From IMG/VR virus record IMGVR_UViG_3300023047_000002: a DNA stretch of 64,000 nt; one strand, written 5' to 3'. A program made the position numbers and the translations under genes. Numbering within the stretch: position 1 is the first letter of the stretch; each line of letters starts with the position of its first letter. The notes below the pieces were generated by a model. That model saw only the letters and a list, made by a program, of their open reading frames with translations. It was not told the DNA's origin and did no database searches. The DNA comes from a virus (lineage: Duplodnaviria > Caudoviricetes). This document shows, piece by piece, positions 57,410 to 64,000 of the stretch.

Positions 57410-58897
57410 TCACTCTGCATTGATTATGCGAAGTTCACCGTTTAATGTTACATCAGGGTCGGTCTCTAATGAATTTATTTGTTCCATCGTTAAATCGGTT
57501 GGATAGATAATTTCTCCTGTTACTGGATCAAGAGCTTCCTCTACAAAGTCTTTTGCACTTTGGAGGTCGCTATAAGGTCCGTTAAAGAATGTGGACACTG
57601 CTCTAATATCGTTTATAGCGTTCATCTTGGTTTCTTCAAACAGCACTATTCTGTAAGGAGGTTTATTCTCATCAAGCTCTGTCTTTTTAACAAATTTCCA
57701 TGCGGTTGGTGAATCGCCAAGTGTCTCATTCACAGTGCGTAAAGCCTCTTCAATACCATCAAATTCTTCTTCGTGAATAACTTCAGGATAATCCACACGC
57801 AATCCTGACATAATTGTTTTACTGTGTTGATTCACATAGTCTGTAATATCAGACAAACTCATTTCTCCGTAAGCGTCACCTCTGTGTTGTGCTACTGCGG
57901 ACATCGACTTTGAAACACCGAGTAATGCATTGGCAAGTATTAAAGTGTATTCATCAGGTTCAGTTGCATCGCCACTTGGGTCATCAGGTTCAGTTACATC
58001 GCCACTCGGGTCATCGGTCACACGTACAATTTCCTCAGTGTTCATAACACGATAATATTCCTCGCCGAATTTCATGTCCAGGGTAACAATTTCTTCCTCA
58101 CCATTGTTGACGATTGCGGCATCTCTAGGTTCTTGCAACAATTCGCCTTTTAAGAACTCACCAACAATTCCGTCAGCTCCTACGTAAGGGGGTTCTTCTT
58201 GTTCATAGACGCTTCCAATGAGAATGTCTGTTCCGTCAACATCAACAAGGAAGTAATAATGATCATCGTCTGAGAGATAAGTAGCTTTAAAGTCTTCATC
58301 AGTTAATATTTTTAATGCGGGCCATACTTTGTCTGTCTCTGGTGTTCCGCCGTAAGGGTCTTGTTGTATTTGATCCTCAGTGTAAATAAAGGCACCTCTC
58401 AAGAACTCAGGTACTTCAGACAGTTTTTGTCCACCGATGGATTCAAAGTAATTATCCCAATCAAACGAAGCAACACCCTCTTCTTCAAGATTGCAATGCC
58501 AGACGTATGGAGCATCCTCACTTTGTGACATCGCAACAAGATGTTTCTTTCCACCCGCTTCAACTATTTTACCATAACGATAAGGAACGCGAACGTATGT
58601 CACACCGTTTATGACTCTTTTATGCGTGGATGTAAGATTCTGCTGTTTGTCCATGCTCACGATGGTTTGTTGGCCTTTCTCTGATACGATGGTTACATTA
58701 AAAGGCGTAGATACGGCATTTGAAATTTTATGACCGGGGTAATTTCCGATTGACGCTGATGTAACTTCTTGTAAGTCACTAATACCTTCCTGTAAGTTAG
58801 CGTCATACTCAACGGTAGTTGTTACCTGAGCTTGAAGATCTGAATCACTAAATGATTTTTCATACCTATCAATCAAAATAGCTGTTCTGTAACTCAT
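57410..58897 (-). CDS. Acidic hypothetical protein, probably virion-associated
   Basis: GAGGT RBS; 30-bp tandem duplication at 57951-58015 (DDPSGDxTEP x2). Confidence 0.6.
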   Translation of the reverse strand: MSYRTAILIDRYEKSFSDSDLQAQVTTTVEYDANLQEGISDLQEVTSASIGNYPGHKISNAVSTPFNVTIVSEKGQQTIVSMDKQQNLTSTHKRVINGVTYVRVPYRYGKIVEAGGKKHLVAMSQSEDAPYVWHCNLEEEGVASFDWDNYFESIGGQKLSEVPEFLRGAFIYTEDQIQQDPYGGTPETDKVWPALKILTDEDFKATYLSDDDHYYFLVDVDGTDILIGSVYEQEEPPYVGADGIVGEFLKGELLQEPRDAAIVNNGEEEIVTLDMKFGEEYYRVMNTEEIVRVTDDPSGDVTEPDDPSGDATEPDEYTLILANALLGVSKSMSAVAQHRGDAYGEMSLSDITDYVNQHSKTIMSGLRVDYPEVIHEEEFDGIEEALRTVNETLGDSPTAWKFVKKTELDENKPPYRIVLFEETKMNAINDIRAVSTFFNGPYSDLQSAKDFVEEALDPVTGEIIYPTDLTMEQINSLETDPDVTLNGELRIINAE

Positions 58898-58985
58898 AAA
58901 GTACCTCACTATTTGCCCCTAGAAACTTACTATGATTTATAGGATTCACTTCATATCACCCTATTTTAGTGTAGATATAGTTGCA

Positions 58986-59023
58986 CTTGAAGCTCACCCG
59001 CTTTAGAGTGTGGTATAATTTAC
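58986..59023 (+). promoter_or_regulatory. Extended -10 promoter for the RNA ligase operon, overlapping a possible decayed IS end
   Basis: TGTGGTATAAT within CTTGAAGCTCACCCGCTTTAGAGTGTGGTATAATTTAC. Confidence 0.55.
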
Positions 59024-59039
59024 ACAACGGAGGTTTTTA

Positions 59040-60215
59040 ATGCTAAACCACAAAACTAAGGAACGGGAACTCGCATACGTAGTCCGAATTTCTGAAACAA
59101 GAGAGCTGATTGGATATGACAATGTACACTATATTAAAGTTCTTGGATGGTGGTGTGTCGCACAAAAATCCATGCAGGCAGGAGACCTGGCAGTCTATTT
59201 CGAGATTGATTCTGTACTTCCACGTGACGACCATCGTTTTGCTTTCATGGACAAACGAAATTATCGTGTACGCACACAGAAAATGTGCAGAACGGTCTCT
59301 CAAGGTCTTGCTTTGCCGCTTACGTCTTTTACAGAATTAAAGCACTGTAAAGAAGGTGACTTTGTTACGAAACAGCTTCGTGTTACTTTGTTTGAGGAAT
59401 CAATACAGGAACAACAGCAGAAGACAAAATCTGACGGGTGGTCAAACGCACAGGACATGCATAAAAAGTTTTTCAGAAATCCAATCGTAAAATACCTTAT
59501 GCGTTACAGTGCGGTGCGTTGTGTTCTGAAAAAGCTCTTCATAAAGAAAAAAGACAAAATAAAATGGCCTGAGTGGTTGCCGCGTACAGGAAGCGAACGT
59601 GTTCAGAACATTCCTGTCTTGTTTGAAAATCCTGACGTGAAATGGGTTGCCAGTGAAAAAGTTGACGGAATGAGTTCAAGCTATGTGCTTGACGAAAAAG
59701 GAACTTACCTTGTGTGTTCCCATAATGTCATTGTGTTTTCAAACAAAGTGAAAGGTTCTGAAAAGGTTGCAAACTGTAATGCGTACATAAAGAAGAACGT
59801 ATGGATGCTCATGTCTGAGAAGTACGACATGAGACACAAACTCGAACTGTTGAAATCTAAGTTCAATGCAAAAACAGTTGCCATCCAGGGAGAAATCTAC
59901 GGTGACCGTGTTCAAAAGAGAACTTACGGTCTTAAGAACAAACAGGACTTGGCTGTGTTCCACATTTGGATTAACGGAACACGTCTCAGCATGAAAGATA
60001 CTCAACCTTTATGCTCCGAACTTGGTCTTCAAATGGTGCATGTTTTCGATTGGGAACTTCATGTCCCATCAACGGTTGAGGAGCTTATCTGTAAGATTGA
60101 CAGTGAACATTCTGCCCTTGATGATGGGATGATAGAGGGGTATGTTCTTTATTCGCAGGACGGGCTTATCAATTATAAGTGTGTTTCACCTTCGTATTTG
60201 CTGAAATACCATTGA
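59040..60215 (+). CDS. RNA ligase, Rnl2/DRB0094 family
   Basis: RELAYVV..W.CV..GDLAVYFEIDS..SQGL; motif I EKVDG, QGE, EGYV, KCVS..YL. Confidence 0.9.
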   Translation: MLNHKTKERELAYVVRISETRELIGYDNVHYIKVLGWWCVAQKSMQAGDLAVYFEIDSVLPRDDHRFAFMDKRNYRVRTQKMCRTVSQGLALPLTSFTELKHCKEGDFVTKQLRVTLFEESIQEQQQKTKSDGWSNAQDMHKKFFRNPIVKYLMRYSAVRCVLKKLFIKKKDKIKWPEWLPRTGSERVQNIPVLFENPDVKWVASEKVDGMSSSYVLDEKGTYLVCSHNVIVFSNKVKGSEKVANCNAYIKKNVWMLMSEKYDMRHKLELLKSKFNAKTVAIQGEIYGDRVQKRTYGLKNKQDLAVFHIWINGTRLSMKDTQPLCSELGLQMVHVFDWELHVPSTVEELICKIDSEHSALDDGMIEGYVLYSQDGLINYKCVSPSYLLKYH

Positions 60216-60236
60216 CAATTTCAAAGGAGTTTCGTT

Positions 60237-60635
60237 ATGGCTATTAAAACTCACACAAAAAAGAATGAACGCATTTCTTCAGATGACCTTGAACTAGCTT
60301 ATGCACTTGATGATGTGTGTAGGAAGCAAGCAGAGTTCGGAATGGACCGCGTTAGTATGCTGCGTAAAAGTCTGAAAGCCATCGAACGTGGTGCGAACGA
60401 CCTCGGATGCTCAATGTACCTTCAGATAACTGACAATGGTGCTCGATATGCGAAACAAACAGTTGAGGAGTTTTTGTTGAAAGCTAAGAACTTCTTTCTT
60501 GATGATGATACATTCCTCGAAGTTACGTTCATTGACGGAGAACCTGGTAATCAGTTCATGCTGACGTTTAACGATTTCGACGGAAACTGTGAAGAATGTG
60601 CTGAGTTCATTTTCATTCCTAATGACGAAGACTGA
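60237..60635 (+). CDS. Hypothetical protein with MAIK N-terminus
   Basis: 132 aa; AAGGAG RBS. Confidence 0.6.
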   Translation: MAIKTHTKKNERISSDDLELAYALDDVCRKQAEFGMDRVSMLRKSLKAIERGANDLGCSMYLQITDNGARYAKQTVEEFLLKAKNFFLDDDTFLEVTFIDGEPGNQFMLTFNDFDGNCEECAEFIFIPNDED

Positions 60636-61147
60636 TGTCCGAATACAGAAAACAATTGAGCAGTCAGGAACGATGGGATGCATTTTTCATGTCCATCGCA
60701 CTTGTTACTTCTTTGAAAAGCAAAGACATTAACACGAAAGTCGGTGCTGTGCTTGTCGATGGAGACAATCACATTGTCGGAACCGGGTATAATGGATTTC
60801 CAAAAGGTGTGGATGACGAACAACTTCCTTCAGGAAGAGAAGGTGTGTGGCTTGGCACCAAATACCCATACGTCGTCCACGCAGAACTTAACTGCATCCT
60901 CAATTCCATTGTGTCTGTGAAGGGCTGTACGCTGTACTGTACGTTGTACCCTTGCAATGAATGTGCAAAAGCAATCATCCAATCAGGGATTAAACGTGTC
61001 GTGTACCTTCTGGACAAACACCATGACGATGTTGCTTACGTTGCTTCAAGACGACTGTTCGACATGACAGGCACGGAACTTTGTAAAATGAATGAAGAAG
61101 CAGTGAGTGGATTTCTGCGTATGAGTGAACTTCATCCTTTCTTGTAA
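60635..61147 (+). CDS. dCMP deaminase
   Basis: SKD..TKVGA, GYNG, HAELN, PCNECAK. Confidence 0.95.
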   Translation: MSEYRKQLSSQERWDAFFMSIALVTSLKSKDINTKVGAVLVDGDNHIVGTGYNGFPKGVDDEQLPSGREGVWLGTKYPYVVHAELNCILNSIVSVKGCTLYCTLYPCNECAKAIIQSGIKRVVYLLDKHHDDVAYVASRRLFDMTGTELCKMNEEAVSGFLRMSELHPFL

Positions 61148-61155
61148 GAAAATAG

Positions 61156-61195
61156 TGGTGCTGTACATCCTTTGAACTCTTGTATGTGGTATAAG
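61156..61195 (+). promoter_or_regulatory. TGGTGCT-box promoter
   Basis: TGGTGCT-N27-TATAAG with TGTGG extension; leader hairpin GTCACGAG/CTCGTGAC. Confidence 0.75.
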
Positions 61196-61260
61196 CACTT
61201 TTGTCACGAGGGTTAGGGCATGGACTCATTACGAGTTCGGCTCTCGTGACATAACTCAAC

Positions 61261-62217
61261 ATGAATCATAAGGAGATTAGAGGTATGTGCAAAATCACTC
61301 TTACAAGCAGTTCACTCAATTCTTTTTGTTCCTGTCGTCGTCAGTATGACTACAAAATCAACAAGCACATTTCGCCTGTTGAAATGCCAAAAAGCTATGA
61401 CAATGCTGTTGCACTGTCTAAAGCAGTAACGTCATTAGCTGAAAGTTTCAATTACGAATTGCCTTTCGAGGACGCGATTGCACGAGGTGTTGAAATCATC
61501 TCTACCTATGGACTTGACGAAGCAGGAAGTGCTCAGGTTGAAGCGGCTTTCAGAGCGTATTCAGCACGGTATTACAACGTCGATAACGACAAATGGCAGG
61601 TCGTTGAATCATCTGTGAATGCCTGTGTGGAAGTTCCTTTGTCACCTAACGTCGTTTATCGCACGTATCTTGATTACGTAGCGTACAAAGACCAAGGTAA
61701 GTATTTCCTAGTCGTCAACAAGTCTTCATCCACGTCGATAACGGATGACTTTTTAACAAAGTTCTTTATCGACAATGATGTCCGTATGCAGGTGATCGCT
61801 GCACAGCAGTTACTCGGTGTAGAAATTACTGGCGTCATAATCAACACAATGACAAGACCACAACACAAAATACGTGTCGGAGAAACTGATGCTGAGTATG
61901 CCGAACGTAATGCTACACGTAAAGGAAAAGCTGAACTGAAACGTAAAGTTGGTGAAACTCGTGACGAGTACATTCAACGCATGGTCGATGACTACCCCAA
62001 AGAATCTTTGCGTAAATTCTTCATCACGTTTAATGATGCACAGCTCAACACAGCTGTGTCGAATATCTTAGCAATTGCTTCGGATATCATGTCATGCAAG
62101 ACTTTTTACCCCAACACATGTGAATGCTCTAAGTACGGAAAATGCCCTTACATGAACTTGTGTAAATTTGACGGCGAGTTAAGTAAATGCTCCGACAGTT
62201 ACGAAGTTAAGATGTGA
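61261..62217 (+). CDS. Cas4/RecB-like PD-(D/E)XK-fold protein with Fe-S cysteines and altered active site
   Basis: LTSSSLNSF..C.R, YLD..LVVNK, Q..., C-terminal CxxYGKCPYxxLC. Confidence 0.7.
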   Translation: MNHKEIRGMCKITLTSSSLNSFCSCRRQYDYKINKHISPVEMPKSYDNAVALSKAVTSLAESFNYELPFEDAIARGVEIISTYGLDEAGSAQVEAAFRAYSARYYNVDNDKWQVVESSVNACVEVPLSPNVVYRTYLDYVAYKDQGKYFLVVNKSSSTSITDDFLTKFFIDNDVRMQVIAAQQLLGVEITGVIINTMTRPQHKIRVGETDAEYAERNATRKGKAELKRKVGETRDEYIQRMVDDYPKESLRKFFITFNDAQLNTAVSNILAIASDIMSCKTFYPNTCECSKYGKCPYMNLCKFDGELSKCSDSYEVKM

Positions 62218-62350
62218 ACTATCACATCTTAAAGGATGTTGTCTTTTAACTCGGTTTTGGCAAAAGAAAAGCACGGAAAAAGCTCCGTGCTTTCGGTTGG
62301 GGCAAGCAGGGGCATTATCTTGTCCCAACGTGCGTATTATTAGATAGTTA

Positions 62351-62402
62351 GAAAAAGAAAAACTCCCTAACAAAATCAATCTGTTAGGGAGTTTTTCTTT
62401 TT
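62351..62402. terminator. Bidirectional terminator
   Basis: AAAAAGAAAAACTCCCTAACA / TGTTAGGGAGTTTTTCTTTTT between convergent genes. Confidence 0.85.
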
Positions 62403-62409
62403 AACAGAT

Positions 62410-62453
62410 GCGAGCGGGAAATCCCACGCGGCTTTAGCCCGTGGGTAGTTCAC
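62410..62453 (+). mobile_element. Minimal fused left/right-end IS200/IS605-type element (44 bp)
   Basis: GCGAGCGGGAAATCCCACGCGGCTTTAGCCCGTGGG, nearly identical to the left end at 56445, joined directly to TAGTTCAC. Confidence 0.75.
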
Positions 62454-62466
62454 AGGTTAATGAGGT

Positions 62467-63240
62467 TTAACCTTCTCCGCCTTCGCCGCCTTCACCAGCG
62501 CCTTCTTCTTCACCACTTTCTGGTTCAACACGAGGCTGCTGTTTTGCTTCGGCAACAGGAACATCGTTTTCTTTCTCAGGGTTACGAGGGCTGATTGACG
62601 AAGGTGCAAGGTCGTGATTGCAAATGTCATCATTGCTAATCTGGGTATTGGACAGATACGGGCAACGAAGAACATCTTTCACATTGCATCTTGAAGGAAG
62701 TTCGCCTTTAGCAGTAATCACGGCATCAAAGACAATCCCGCTCGGAGATTCTGTTGTCCATGCAGCTTTTTCTGCCACATCAGCCCAACCAAGAACCGTC
62801 GCGTCTTTCTTACGAATGACACGGTACGACACTTCACCAGTTTCGACATTTTCAGAGGCGATGATTTCATCATCAGCGAGAACGGCAAGACGGAGAGGCG
62901 TGGTTGCTGTGTTCAGAACGCTCATTGCGGCGTTTCCGTTACCATCATTAGTTTTCTCACCATTCACCTGGAAACGAACATTGAGTTGTACGCCACCACG
63001 AATGCAGTGCCAACCTGCAAACATCACGGACAGACCATCAGCGTTCGCTTTAGTAGCAAGAGTAGCAGGGTCTGACAGATCAGCAGCGTTCGCTTTAGTA
63101 GCAAGAGTAGCAGGGTCTGACAGATCAGCAAGTTGATCAGATGTGTTAATAATAATGCGGCCAACATGGATGTTCTCCATACCTTTGAGTTCAGCCAGTT
63201 GACGACCTTTAGGTGTAAGATTAAGTCCGTTAAAAAGCAT
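62467..63240 (-). CDS. Tail fibre/collar N-terminal-domain-like protein
   Basis: LNLTPKGRQL N-terminus; AAGGAG RBS; exact 45-bp tandem duplication. Confidence 0.5.
   Translation of the reverse strand: MLFNGLNLTPKGRQLAELKGMENIHVGRIIINTSDQLADLSDPATLATKANAADLSDPATLATKANADGLSVMFAGWHCIRGGVQLNVRFQVNGEKTNDGNGNAAMSVLNTATTPLRLAVLADDEIIASENVETGEVSYRVIRKKDATVLGWADVAEKAAWTTESPSGIVFDAVITAKGELPSRCNVKDVLRCPYLSNTQISNDDICNHDLAPSSISPRNPEKENDVPVAEAKQQPRVEPESGEEEGAGEGGEGGEG
63039..63130. repeat. Exact 45-bp tandem duplication (ADLSDPATLATKANA x2)
   Basis: Copies start at 63039 and 63084. Confidence 0.95.
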
Positions 63241-63373
63241 AATTTTTCTCCTTCTACATTTCGCGAAACGAACGAAGATTTGCGGCAACGTCTTTTGCAG
63301 TTTTCACGTGCCGCACATACGTTGTGTTTGTTTAGATATAAATAACGTTAAGAAAACGAACCTGTTTCAGAAA

Positions 63374-64000
63374 TCATTCGATGCACAAGGCAAGGAACGG
63401 TCTTCCCGCAACAGCTCCGGACATTGCAATAAATTTGTTTTTAGTTTGAACCAATGTCCCTGATGAAGATCCACCTGCATCATGCCAGATTCGTAACGGA
63501 TCGGTTTCACCGTTGATCATATCGCACACACCAACTTCCCTCGTCGGTGTGCAAAGCATTGTAATGCACCCTTTCGGAAAGGAAACCTTCTGTGTGTTAC
63601 CCACACCTGTTTTTTCAGGTAACTTCTCAAACGAAAGTCCTGAAACACTAGCTTGTTCCGCATAAAGTTTCCATCGTTTTTCAGATGAACCAATACACGC
63701 TTTGTTACCGGATGGAAGCACTCGTGCCTGTACATTTAGAGGATTGACCCCTGTAGTGTCTGAGACTGCAGATACTGACGATCCATTAAAGTAAGGTACA
63801 GATATGTAATTACCGGCGATATGCAAATGTCCGGCATCCAAAGTAGTGATGGAGGTATCTTTAAGTTCTGTCGAACCATTAACACAGAAATCACCGTTCG
63901 CAGATATGCGTGCATGTGTAACGGACAGTTCTGACGTTACACTGTCCTGGGTTGCACGTAATACGACTTTCGGAGACACCGTGTCTTTTGTGTTTGAATG
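63374..64000 (-). CDS. Tail fibre-like protein, C-terminal part (5'-partial)
   Basis: Frame is open to the window end; YISVPY and IGS.EKRW motifs shared with the other fibres. Confidence 0.6.
   Translation of the reverse strand, partial: HSNTKDTVSPKVVLRATQDSVTSELSVTHARISANGDFCVNGSTELKDTSITTLDAGHLHIAGNYISVPYFNGSSVSAVSDTTGVNPLNVQARVLPSGNKACIGSSEKRWKLYAEQASVSGLSFEKLPEKTGVGNTQKVSFPKGCITMLCTPTREVGVCDMINGETDPLRIWHDAGGSSSGTLVQTKNKFIAMSGAVAGRPFLALCIE

Noticed and set aside
1-64000. Stop-codon reassignment, and the many short antisense or nested ORFs
   Set aside because: Conserved genes are full length in the standard code and end in TAA, TAG or TGA; the nested ORFs are shadows of longer genes.

Overview
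A 64-kb segment of a large (probably jumbo) tailed dsDNA phage with T4-like myovirus baseplate/neck homologues. Overlapping spanins, lipoproteins and class III ribonucleotide reductase imply an anaerobic diderm host. Left arm (+ strand, 1-26 kb): DnaX-like clamp loader, sigma2-like and Mor-like regulators, thymidine kinase, a family A DNA polymerase with four inteins, DnaB helicase, ThyX, an NrdD that has a mini-intein and is also fractured by a free-standing Zn-ribbon/Vsr-like homing endonuclease, NrdG, a DNA methylase and a primase Zn-finger protein. Right arm (mostly - strand): spanins, paralogous tail-fibre/baseplate genes, lytic transglycosylase, Dam-like methylase, RNA ligase, dCMP deaminase and a Cas4/RecB-like protein. 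Non-coding highlights: (1) a cas-less type II-like CRISPR mini-array (3 x 36-bp repeats, 2 x 30-bp spacers) abutting the 3' end of an unknown 351-aa gene; (2) about 1.3 kb away, a 224-bp IS200/IS605-type miniature element that keeps a promoter and an apparently intact TnpB omegaRNA without the protein; (3) nine copies of a TGGTGCT-N27/28-(-10) promoter; (4) charge-complementary non-intein tails on the two NrdD halves; (5) a shared M-(L/A)-I-K...E N-terminal motif on unrelated proteins. Family assignments come from motif recognition by eye; no database searches were run.
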